Source: Bacteroidales bacterium
Lineage (GTDB): Bacteria > Bacteroidota > Bacteroidia > Bacteroidales > UBA1715
Direction of reading: 5' to 3'
DNA length: 64,000 bases
NCBI GenBank assembly: GCA_045615765.1
Contig: JAZLFM010000010.1
Coordinates: forward strand, 99,428 to 163,427
A program made the position numbers and the translations under genes. Shown piece by piece: positions 38,616 through 46,640 of this stretch. The number at the start of each line of letters is the position of its first letter. The first letter of the stretch is position 1. Below the pieces are notes generated by a model, which saw only the letters and a list, made by a program, of their open reading frames with translations, ran no database searches and was not told where the DNA came from.

Positions 38616-38623
38616 CAAAAATA
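38616..38623 (-). promoter_or_regulatory. -7 box (TATTTTTG on the minus strand) for nhaD-exbB-exbD-tonB-like
   Basis: The plus strand reads caaaaata, 30 nt upstream of the ATG at 38585. Confidence 0.4.
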
Positions 38624-38681
38624 AAAGAAATCTACAACCTTTAAACTTTCATAGACTTTTTTTTCTTCTATAATGAAAAAA

Positions 38682-39851
38682 TTACCTGATTTCTTTTTTT
38701 GATAATAAATAATTATACCCCACACAAACACCTCTTACCACCATAATTGAAAGTAATAGATACGCCAAACTAGGAATAAATTGTCCTACACTTAGTGAAA
38801 CTACCACAGAAAGAACTGCCATAACAGATGAAAACACAACATACCATTTCACACGATTGCGTATTGATGGCAGCAGCAAGAGAACTGCAAAAATCAAATG
38901 AAATGGAGTCAGCCATATTGTATTACAATTCGGGAACACAAACGAATGAATACTTACAAACGACAAGAACCACAAGACACATCCTACAATACCCAAAATT
39001 AGTAACAACGATGCGTCAAGCCATACAAACCACTTCTTTTTAATGATTTCCACTACAGTCAATATCAATACTAACAGAAACAAACAAACCAATGGCAGAA
39101 CAGCCTCACCCCAATTTGTATCAGTACCTTCGGAAGCACCTTCCACGAGAACTTGTGGAACACCACAAAGTTTACGTCCATCACTTCGGGTTGTTGTTTC
39201 GCATACAGAAGCAATAGCGTCTGGTAAGAACAGTAGTTCTTCTTTTGTTGCCAAGGCATCTGTTTGCACACCTAAAGCAAGATGAATTCCTAAACTTGAC
39301 CATGATGTCTGCCCAACATAGCGTAAAATCGCAGAACGCCAACTTTCTTCATTATACGATGCGTTCCAAGATAAAGTATCTATTTGAGCAGACAATATAT
39401 CCCGCAAACGAGTCGCACAGTTATCATAAAAGAAGTTATACAAATACAATCTATTTTCAGGTAACATATTCTTCATCACAAAGTTACAGATGCCGAGCTT
39501 TTCCTCCGGTTCTAATATCAAGGGATATTCCACTATACCTCTACCTTCCATCTCATACGATAGTGTTGTATATCGGAAATTCTTAGCATCGAGCATATAG
39601 TATGTTTTTCCCGTGAAGAAATTGCCAACAAACTGAAATAAGTCTTCTATAGTAAATGTTCCATAGTCAAAAACAAAATCGAAATCTTGTTTTTCATCGC
39701 AGATTCTCAATGCAGCATGACCAAATTTTGCATACAAGTCTTCCCCTGGTGAGCAAACCAATATAGACACCCGTGTATCGTCTGTTGGGGCAAACGAATA
39801 TGATCGAATGCCAAAAGACAAAAGCACTATGAGGAACAATAGTTTTTTCAT
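38682..39851 (-). CDS. DUF4105-like protein with a C-terminal multi-TM region
   Basis: The ATG at 39851 (MKKLLFLIVLL) overlaps the pgeF stop (ATGA). The N-terminal domain contains DLYAKFGHAALRI, typical of DUF4105 as I remember it. About five TM helices lie at the C-terminus. Confidence 0.55.
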   Translation of the reverse strand: MKKLLFLIVLLSFGIRSYSFAPTDDTRVSILVCSPGEDLYAKFGHAALRICDEKQDFDFVFDYGTFTIEDLFQFVGNFFTGKTYYMLDAKNFRYTTLSYEMEGRGIVEYPLILEPEEKLGICNFVMKNMLPENRLYLYNFFYDNCATRLRDILSAQIDTLSWNASYNEESWRSAILRYVGQTSWSSLGIHLALGVQTDALATKEELLFLPDAIASVCETTTRSDGRKLCGVPQVLVEGASEGTDTNWGEAVLPLVCLFLLVLILTVVEIIKKKWFVWLDASLLLILGIVGCVLWFLSFVSIHSFVFPNCNTIWLTPFHLIFAVLLLLPSIRNRVKWYVVFSSVMAVLSVVVSLSVGQFIPSLAYLLLSIMVVRGVCVGYNYLLSKKEIR

Positions 39852-40582
39852 TTCTTTAATCCTATATATGAGCACATTCGTCCTGTTTGACCATCACGAC
39901 GATATGAATAAAACAAATCCACATTCGAATAAGTATCCAATTTCGAATTAAAAATAGTTCCAACATTACAGTCACGCAAAATTGTTTCCACGCAACAATT
40001 CAGGTCAAAATAATATGACCCATTTCTTGAAATGAAATACTGTTTTGGAAAATAGTCGAGGAACTCTTTACCGACTTGGTAGTTTTCCTGTTGAATCATT
40101 GGACCAATATACGCTGTCAACGAGCGAGGATCAGAGAACTCTGAAAGAATCTTCACCATATTCTGAATAATTCCATCTCGAGTACCTTTCCATCCACAAT
40201 GTAAACCTGCGACAAGAGAAAATGCTTCATCATGAAACAAAACTGAACCACAATCGGCAATGGATACAGAAAGAACAACTCCTTTCTCTGTTGTGTAAAA
40301 GCCATCTGCTTCCGTATCATTACAAAAAGAAGAATCAACACGAACAACATCAGCAGAATGTATCTGTTTTAGATTTGCAACTTGAAAATTTGGAGCAACA
40401 GCATCGAAAAACAAGCGGCGATTTTGTTTTACATTTTCGGCATCATCTTTAGAATGCAAACCTGTATTCATACTTTCATACACTCCAGAACTCACCCCGC
40501 CCTTTCGCGTTGAGAATCCTGCGATACACTTGTCGTTATCGAGCCACAAACCATGTGGAATTGGAGTTTCTGTAGTTTGCAT
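39848..40582 (-). CDS. pgeF: Peptidoglycan editing factor PgeF (YfiH/DUF152 family)
   Basis: Family motifs QIHSADVVRV, SIADCGSVLF and LHCGWKGT. The ATG at 40582 (MQTTETPIPHGLW) is 18 nt downstream of a -7 box. The longer track ORF (to 40711) would overlap the gmhA promoter and start. Confidence 0.85.
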   Translation of the reverse strand: MQTTETPIPHGLWLDNDKCIAGFSTRKGGVSSGVYESMNTGLHSKDDAENVKQNRRLFFDAVAPNFQVANLKQIHSADVVRVDSSFCNDTEADGFYTTEKGVVLSVSIADCGSVLFHDEAFSLVAGLHCGWKGTRDGIIQNMVKILSEFSDPRSLTAYIGPMIQQENYQVGKEFLDYFPKQYFISRNGSYYFDLNCCVETILRDCNVGTIFNSKLDTYSNVDLFYSYRRDGQTGRMCSYIGLKK

Positions 40583-40599
40583 TGTACAAAATTCTGATT

Positions 40600-40607
40600 C
40601 AAATATA
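40600..40607 (-). promoter_or_regulatory. -7 box (TATATTTG on the minus strand) for pgeF-DUF4105
   Basis: The plus strand reads caaatata, 18 nt upstream of the ATG at 40582. Confidence 0.45.
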
Positions 40608-40647
40608 GATAATTCAAGAAATTCCACTCGCTTTTTTTGAAAACTTA

Positions 40648-40655
40648 TACCTTTG
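40648..40655 (+). promoter_or_regulatory. -7 box TACCTTTG for gmhA-DUF1987
   Basis: Exact TAnnTTTG match 19 nt upstream of the ATG at 40674. The track's TTG start (40653) lies inside the motif. Confidence 0.45.
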
Positions 40656-40673
40656 CAAGCAAAGAAAAGGAAA

Positions 40674-41255
40674 ATGAAACAAGAAATCCAAGATACTATT
40701 CGTCGTTCCATTGATGTAAAAACTGCATTACTAAACGATGAATTTGCTATTTCACAAATAGAAACGGTTGCAAAGAAAATGATTGAATCCTACAAACAAG
40801 GACACAAAACAATGTTTGCAGGAAATGGAGGAAGTGCCGCCGACGCGCAACATTTAGCTGCAGAATTAGTTAACCGTTTTCGTTTCGACCACCTTGGACT
40901 TCCAGCATTAGCACTCACAACCGACACATCTATCGTAACAGCAATTGGCAACGATTACGGATACGATTTCTTGTTTACTCGTCAAATTGCTGCACTAGGG
41001 AACAATGGCGATGTATTTATTGGCATTTCTACCTCTGGGAATTCCGAAAACATTGTAAAAGCATTACAATATTGCAAGGAGAAAGGAATATATACAGTTG
41101 GGCTTACAGGTGGCAATGGAGGAAAAATGAAAGCATTATGTGACGAATGTATCGTCGTGCCATCAAACGAGACTGCACGTATTCAAGAATCACATATTTT
41201 AATTGGTCATATTCTTTGTGGCTTTGTTGAATCTGCAATGTTCGAAAAAAAATAA
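40674..41255 (+). CDS. gmhA: D-sedoheptulose 7-phosphate isomerase (SIS domain)
   Basis: MFAGNGGSAADAQHLAAELVNRF and ISTSGNSENIV are typical GmhA motifs. The product is about 193 aa from the ATG at 40674. Confidence 0.88.
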   Translation: MKQEIQDTIRRSIDVKTALLNDEFAISQIETVAKKMIESYKQGHKTMFAGNGGSAADAQHLAAELVNRFRFDHLGLPALALTTDTSIVTAIGNDYGYDFLFTRQIAALGNNGDVFIGISTSGNSENIVKALQYCKEKGIYTVGLTGGNGGKMKALCDECIVVPSNETARIQESHILIGHILCGFVESAMFEKK

Positions 41256-41258
41256 ACT

Positions 41259-41642
41259 ATGGAACATCTCTATATTGAACAATCGGCATGGACACCAGAA
41301 GTTTTCTTCAATATCGACGAAAACAAACTTTGCTTAGTAGGGCGATCTTTTCCTGAAGATGCAGCTACTTTCTACACACCAATTGTTGCATGGTTGGAAA
41401 ATAACATTCAAGAATTCGCTAATGGATTCACCCTAGAGATTAAGTTAGAATATTTCAACACTTCTTCTTCAAAATATCTGCTTAAAATGTTTCGGTTTCT
41501 TGAAAAGTACAAACAAAACCATACGATTCCCGTACAAGTAACATGGAAATATTTCTCTAATGATGAAGAAATGAAAGAATCCGGAATGGAATACCAACAA
41601 TTTGTTGATGTACCATTTGAATTTATTGAAATTGAAAAATAA
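41259..41642 (+). CDS. DUF1987 / SiaC-like regulatory phosphoprotein (copy A)
   Basis: 127 aa starting 3 nt after the gmhA stop. TPEVFFN...LCLVGRSFPEDAATFYTPIVAWL...LEYFNTSSSKYL matches the DUF1987 pattern. Thr68 lies in the NTSS motif. Confidence 0.75.
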   Translation: MEHLYIEQSAWTPEVFFNIDENKLCLVGRSFPEDAATFYTPIVAWLENNIQEFANGFTLEIKLEYFNTSSSKYLLKMFRFLEKYKQNHTIPVQVTWKYFSNDEEMKESGMEYQQFVDVPFEFIEIEK

Positions 41643-41654
41643 CAAACAATTACA

Positions 41655-41682
41655 TTTTGCTGTACGCTTCACGTGAGCAAAA
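41655..41682. terminator. Hairpin between convergent genes (possible bidirectional terminator)
   Basis: TTTTGCT (41655-41661) pairs with AGCAAAA (41676-41682) around a 14-nt loop that has an inner 3-bp ACG/CGT pairing. There is no separate T-run beyond the stem. Confidence 0.35.
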
Positions 41683-41700
41683 CTATCTAACGAACTTCAT

Positions 41701-42711
41701 TTACTTTTTCTTAAACGAAATTGTTATTGGTAAATGGTCGCTATAGCCACCATGGTACATTTCGCCCTGATACGTTCTATACGGAGCAGCTTCACCTGTT
41801 TTCTCGTTTCGTTCTAACAAACCTTCATGTTGAACAACAACATAATCAATTTCATAATCTTTTAGAAAACCTTGGCTAACAATTCCTTGATCCAAGAAGT
41901 TCCAATAACCTTTGTATTTATAAGTACCATCTGCATTTTTATCTTGTAGATTTACAAGACATTGCGGGCAATCGTCAACAGTTCTACGTGCTTTCAATCC
42001 TTTGGTAATACTTTTCTCTGTAGGATAATCATTAAAATCACCTGTGATTACAATATTTGCATCAGGATTGTCAGATAAAATTTTATCAACCACAGTTCTT
42101 AACTGACGAGCAACCGTAATACGATATTGTTCGCTCTCATCCTTTCCACCACGACGAGACGGGAAATGACAAATAAAAATATGGATTGTATCGTTTGTGG
42201 AAAGCATACAACCTTCTACATACAAAATATCGCGTGTTTTTCTTGATGCATCAGCAAAAACAGGTCGGATTATCGTATCACGCAACGGCTTAAATGTATT
42301 TTTATTATATAAAAGAGCCACATCTATTCCTCTGGTATCTAAAGATTCATGATGGATAAAATCATAGTGGAATCTATACAAATCTGTTTTTTGAATAAGA
42401 TCACGAAGACAAGTATCGTTTTCTACTTCGCAAAAACCTATGACATCAGGCATTTGCCATCCACCTGCCAAAGCAATTACTTGAGCTATATTTTTCAATT
42501 TTTTATTATATCGATACGAATTCCATTGTCGATGCGAATTTGGCAAAAATTCATTATCGTTGACTCGAGGATTATCAACCGTATCAAATAAATTTTCGGT
42601 GTTATAAAACATCACCATAAAATCTCGTTCTTTTTGTCCAGAACAGCTACAAGACAAAAACACACAAAACAAGACAAAGAAGATATTACTTATCGCTTTT
42701 CTTTTCTTCAT
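41701..42711 (-). CDS. Endonuclease/exonuclease/phosphatase (EEP) family lipoprotein
   Basis: 336 aa with lipobox FLSCSCSG. EEP motifs are MFYNTENLFD, VITGDFNDYP and GYSDHLPITISF. Confidence 0.8.
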   Translation of the reverse strand: MKKRKAISNIFFVLFCVFLSCSCSGQKERDFMVMFYNTENLFDTVDNPRVNDNEFLPNSHRQWNSYRYNKKLKNIAQVIALAGGWQMPDVIGFCEVENDTCLRDLIQKTDLYRFHYDFIHHESLDTRGIDVALLYNKNTFKPLRDTIIRPVFADASRKTRDILYVEGCMLSTNDTIHIFICHFPSRRGGKDESEQYRITVARQLRTVVDKILSDNPDANIVITGDFNDYPTEKSITKGLKARRTVDDCPQCLVNLQDKNADGTYKYKGYWNFLDQGIVSQGFLKDYEIDYVVVQHEGLLERNEKTGEAAPYRTYQGEMYHGGYSDHLPITISFKKK

Positions 42712-44098
42712 GAAAATATTCTATTGCGCCAACATCTGGTTTCGAGTCAGCTATTCGTGAATGGTTTAGTAAGTCTGTAGGATGCATATTGCCAATCGTT
42801 ACATCGCCAATATTTATTGCCTGCGAAAGAGAATCTAAATAATAATTTCCAGGGTCTTGAAACAACGGTTTATTTTTATCATAAAAAACATTGTTTGCAT
42901 AATAAGAACTATCCGCATGCGTGTATGTATCGCGCAACAAACAATTTTGAATTCGACAAGGCAAAGAATTCTCGCCATTTTGAGCATCCATACTTATTTC
43001 ATTTGTCATAGAGCCAACTACAATCGAATTCGACAAATGTGCTTTCTCTAAAGCAACAAGACAAGTATCATTTTTATAATCCGCAATTGCAAGTGAAGGA
43101 TAATACTTACGACCTCGTGCAGTTCCCTCATTATAAATTGTGTTATGAATACCCTGGAACCAACCACCTAAAACAGCAACAACATAATATTCACAATTGG
43201 CAAAAATACAATTATAACTATCGATATGGGAACCTATCGCATACACCCCATTTCCCGACATATTTGAAATTTGGCTATTTGAAATCGAACAAGAAATCTG
43301 ATGAGTTTCATCCCCTTGTAGATATAAACCATTTACCCCATTTTTTATCATCGCATACGAAATTTCATTATCTGTACTTGATGCTTCAAAAATTATACTT
43401 CCCCATTGCCCTGGCAACAATTGATATGTTTGTTCCAAACGATCGGAAGTAATGGTCACAACACTGTCTTTCGTACCCCGAATTATTAACGACCCTTTCA
43501 CTATTATATTTGCATTATAATGCATATACAACCTCGCTCCTGCTTCAACCACAAGTGTCGAACCTTCAGCTACCACTAGCGAATCATATATCACATACGG
43601 CTTTTTTGCAGTACAAATCGTATTGGAAGTCAAAACACCACTCATATTCTCCACGTCTTGTCCCCAAGCTGTAATCACCACTGCATCCACACGCGAATTA
43701 TATTCCACCAACAACGATTCCTCATGATACAGAATCGTATCGACTTTTTGTTCTTGTAATTTTGTCTGAATAAAAACAAATATGCTATCACCAGGGGCAA
43801 TTTCAATATTTTCTACAACCGGTCCTGGAATACCACTCACATTGATATAAAAACGAGAGTTCTCTCCATTTTTAAGAGAAATTTTATCAATGGAAACAAT
43901 ACCATCACAAGGATTTTTTATTTTAACCCATTGAGTTACACTACCCTTTTCCGTAAATAGTGTATCAAAACTTATCGTATCAACAGAGAATTTTAAAACA
44001 TCCGATTGCGAACTAGCATAAAATTCTTTCTTGCACGAAGTCAAAACGCACAAAAAAAACAAAATTGGCAGTATTGTAACAAAACGAACTTTATTCAT
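42686..44098 (-). CDS. Lipoprotein with an N-terminal Ig-like domain and a right-handed parallel beta-helix region
   Basis: 470 aa with lipobox VLTSCKK. The repetitive segments (NGVNGLYLQGD...ISNSQISNMSGNGVYA...) suggest a pectin-lyase-fold beta-helix. Its 3' end overlaps the EEP gene start by 26 nt. Confidence 0.55.
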   Translation of the reverse strand: MNKVRFVTILPILFFLCVLTSCKKEFYASSQSDVLKFSVDTISFDTLFTEKGSVTQWVKIKNPCDGIVSIDKISLKNGENSRFYINVSGIPGPVVENIEIAPGDSIFVFIQTKLQEQKVDTILYHEESLLVEYNSRVDAVVITAWGQDVENMSGVLTSNTICTAKKPYVIYDSLVVAEGSTLVVEAGARLYMHYNANIIVKGSLIIRGTKDSVVTITSDRLEQTYQLLPGQWGSIIFEASSTDNEISYAMIKNGVNGLYLQGDETHQISCSISNSQISNMSGNGVYAIGSHIDSYNCIFANCEYYVVAVLGGWFQGIHNTIYNEGTARGRKYYPSLAIADYKNDTCLVALEKAHLSNSIVVGSMTNEISMDAQNGENSLPCRIQNCLLRDTYTHADSSYYANNVFYDKNKPLFQDPGNYYLDSLSQAINIGDVTIGNMHPTDLLNHSRIADSKPDVGAIEYFHEEKKSDK

Positions 44099-44136
44099 AC
44101 AAAAACGAACGAGAAAAACGCTGTTTTATTTCATCA

Positions 44137-44144
44137 CAAAACTA
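44137..44144 (-). promoter_or_regulatory. -7 box (TAGTTTTG on the minus strand) for the beta-helix / EEP pair
   Basis: The plus strand reads caaaacta, 39 nt upstream of the ATG at 44098. This spacing is longer than at the other promoters. Confidence 0.3.
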
Positions 44145-44243
44145 ATAAAAGTCTTTCAATAAAAAATTGAAATTTCAAGCCCGATTGTTTGGTCTGTATT
44201 AAATAATGCCGTATATTCGCAAGAGTTTGACATAATTCAAATT

Positions 44244-45365
44244 ATGGAGCAAGAGAAAATTGAACAGCAAATTAACGAATTAACCCTCTTTGAAGGACTT
44301 CAAAGGGAAGATTTGGTATATGTGTACCGCGGTCTTTTCTCTCAAGTTATTACCGACAGTATCATTGCATTGACCGAAAATAATCTTGACTCCACAGGAG
44401 AATCAACAAAATTAAAAAAACGTGTATTCTCCATTATGGTTGAATGTCTACAAAATATTACTCGCCACCAATTCATCGATGGTCGTGAGGATCTTACAGC
44501 CGACCAATCCGGAATGTTTGTTATTTGTAACAAAGACAAGTCATATCAAATGACATCGGGCAATGTTGTAAATAAAGAAGCAATTCCACACCTAACAAAA
44601 TTATTAGAGAAAGTTAACAGCTTAGATAAAGATGCATTGAAACAATACTATAAGCAAGTATTGGAAGATGGAAGTATTTCTAGCAAAGGTGGAGCTGGTC
44701 TCGGTTTGATTGAGATGGCAAGGAAATCAGGGAATAAGTTGTTCTATACATTTGAAGAAATTGATGAACTTATTTCATATTTCTATATGAACACCTCAAT
44801 TTCACAACAACTTGACGAAGCACCTATTGACTTTATCGACATTCAAGATGTTGTAGCGCTACATAAATTTGTTCTTCAAAAAAACATTATGCTTATTTTC
44901 AATGGTGGACTAAACCAAAAAAGCTTAATGGACATTCTTTCGCTAATAAACGAACAAGCATTCGGCCGTTTAGAGCGAAAAAAGAAGATGTACAATGTAA
45001 TGGTAGAAATGCTACAAAACGTTGTAAAACACGGCGTTAAATGTGACGAAAGCAGACCTGGCGGTAACCCTGTGATTTTCTACATTGCTCAAAATGGAGA
45101 TGAATTTAGTCTTAACGCTGGTAACTATATCGACAATGTATCAATAGAAAAAATCACAAGTAAAATTGATCATTTAAATTCTCTCAACGAGGAAGACCTT
45201 GATGACTATTACACAAAATGTCTTTTGAACTTTGACATCGATAATAGTAAAGAAGCTGGATTAGGATTGGTAGATTTGCGAATGAAAAGCGGACATCCAA
45301 TTCAATACACGCTTAAAAAGGTAAACGAAGAGATATCATTTATTTTAATGCAAGTAACTATATAA
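44244..45365 (+). CDS. SiaB-like (DUF6272-type) GHKL-fold protein kinase, internally duplicated
   Basis: 373 aa made of two homologous halves. SIMVECLQNITRH...GGAGLGLIEMARKSGNKLFYTFEEIDELISYFYMNTSI aligns with NVMVEMLQNVVKH...KEAGLGLVDLRMKSGHPIQYTLKKVNEEISFILMQVTI. A DUF1987 gene follows directly. Confidence 0.6.
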   Translation: MEQEKIEQQINELTLFEGLQREDLVYVYRGLFSQVITDSIIALTENNLDSTGESTKLKKRVFSIMVECLQNITRHQFIDGREDLTADQSGMFVICNKDKSYQMTSGNVVNKEAIPHLTKLLEKVNSLDKDALKQYYKQVLEDGSISSKGGAGLGLIEMARKSGNKLFYTFEEIDELISYFYMNTSISQQLDEAPIDFIDIQDVVALHKFVLQKNIMLIFNGGLNQKSLMDILSLINEQAFGRLERKKKMYNVMVEMLQNVVKHGVKCDESRPGGNPVIFYIAQNGDEFSLNAGNYIDNVSIEKITSKIDHLNSLNEEDLDDYYTKCLLNFDIDNSKEAGLGLVDLRMKSGHPIQYTLKKVNEEISFILMQVTI

Positions 45366-45366
45366 T

Positions 45367-45744
45367 ATGGAATCCTTACACATAATTGCAACAGAAGAAA
45401 CTCCAGAAATTCACTTAGACGCAGAAAACAACACATTTTCTATCTCTGGACGATCATTACCCGAAGATTCCATATCATTCTATGAACCTGTATTCAAATG
45501 GTTACAAGAATTCAGCGAAGTTGCCGAAAACGATATTGAATTTGAATTCTTTATGGAATATTACAATACTTCGTCTGCTAAGCAATTAGCCAAAGTTTTT
45601 CTTCTGCTTGAAAAAATGAGCGACAAAGTATTTGTTCAAATAGTATGGAAATACAAGAAAAGCGATCCAGACATGATGTCTTCAGGTATGCGTTTTTCTA
45701 AATTATTAAGTCTTGAATTTGAACTAAGAGAAGTTGACTGCTAA
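45367..45744 (+). CDS. DUF1987 / SiaC-like regulatory phosphoprotein (copy B)
   Basis: 125 aa starting 1 nt after the upstream stop. TPEIHLD...FSISGRSLPEDSISFYEPVFKWL...MEYYNTSSAKQL matches the family pattern, with Thr68 in the NTSS motif. Confidence 0.75.
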   Translation: MESLHIIATEETPEIHLDAENNTFSISGRSLPEDSISFYEPVFKWLQEFSEVAENDIEFEFFMEYYNTSSAKQLAKVFLLLEKMSDKVFVQIVWKYKKSDPDMMSSGMRFSKLLSLEFELREVDC

Positions 45745-45756
45745 TGTCAATATATC

Positions 45757-45828
45757 GGCCGCGTAGTTCAATGGATAGAATAGAAGTTTCCTAAACTTTA
45801 GATTCGGGTTCGATTCCCGGCGCAGCTA
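45757..45828 (+). tRNA. tRNA-Arg (anticodon CCT)
   Basis: Hand-folded cloverleaf:
- acceptor GGCCGCG/CGCAGCT (G1-U72 wobble, C4-A69 mismatch);
- D stem GTTC/GAAT with loop AATGGATA;
- anticodon stem GAAGT/ACTTT with loop TTCCTAA;
- T stem TCGGG/CCCGG with loop TTCGATT;
- discriminator A.
No CCA end is encoded. Confidence 0.75.
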
Positions 45829-45836
45829 CAAATTTA

Positions 45837-46475
45837 TCACCTCAAATTCTCAAACTTTTGATAGCGTGACACACTAAAAACCGAAGGATCAATCTTATGC
45901 GGTTTTACTTCAACATTAGAGAGCACTGATTTAGGCGATCTAAGCAATGTTCTATTTTCAACAAGGAATGGAATCACACCATCTGTTTTAGCAGCAGGAA
46001 GAGCCTTAAAAAACAGAAAAACATCATCGATAGAGATAGCCACATTCGACATCGAGGAATAAAACTTAAAATTATCACCAGCAATCCAATAAGACATCTC
46101 AGTATTTCTCTCTATGTTCCTAACACGCCACTGGTCACACTTATATCCGTTTATATATTTATAATTCCCTGTATTTATAACCTCAAAGCCAGCAAGGTCA
46201 TTATTCTCGCTAGTATACTCTATTGCTGTATAGATATTTTTATTAGGATTTATAACATACAAAGACTTCTCCTGAGTATTTACGACATACGAACGAAGTG
46301 CACGTCTATACTTGTCAAACTCATCAATACGGACATTATTATTTTTAACAGTATAAACATAAAACAAGGTATCGGAATGAGTCACTTTCATATAACTAAT
46401 CTCCCCCTCAAATGGTTGAGAAAACGAAAAGAAACTAACAAGTGAAAAGAAAAGAAAAAGACAAAAGTTTCTCAT
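45837..46475 (-). CDS. Secreted hypothetical protein (possibly DUF4412-like)
   Basis: 212 aa with signal peptide MRNFCLFLFFSLVSFFSFSQ. The family guess is from memory only. Confidence 0.5.
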   Translation of the reverse strand: MRNFCLFLFFSLVSFFSFSQPFEGEISYMKVTHSDTLFYVYTVKNNNVRIDEFDKYRRALRSYVVNTQEKSLYVINPNKNIYTAIEYTSENNDLAGFEVINTGNYKYINGYKCDQWRVRNIERNTEMSYWIAGDNFKFYSSMSNVAISIDDVFLFFKALPAAKTDGVIPFLVENRTLLRSPKSVLSNVEVKPHKIDPSVFSVSRYQKFENLR

Positions 46476-46590
46476 ACGTACACAATGACCTTTTGCGAAT
46501 ATACAAAGTTTACCATATATAAGAAAGAACTTATAGAAAAATTACCACTTGCAATATCACAAGTAAGACCAAGTGTATTGAGTATATAAC

Positions 46591-46624
46591 AAAAAAGGCA
46601 GACCAAATTGGTCTGCCTTTTTTG
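46591..46624 (-). terminator. Intrinsic terminator (bidirectional architecture) after the giant GH8 gene
   Basis: An A6 tract, then GGCAGACCA (46597-46605), a 3-nt loop, TGGTCTGCC (46609-46617) and a T6 tract. It lies 17 nt beyond the stop codon at 46641-46643. Confidence 0.8.
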
Positions 46625-46640
46625 TTATTAATCTAAAAGA

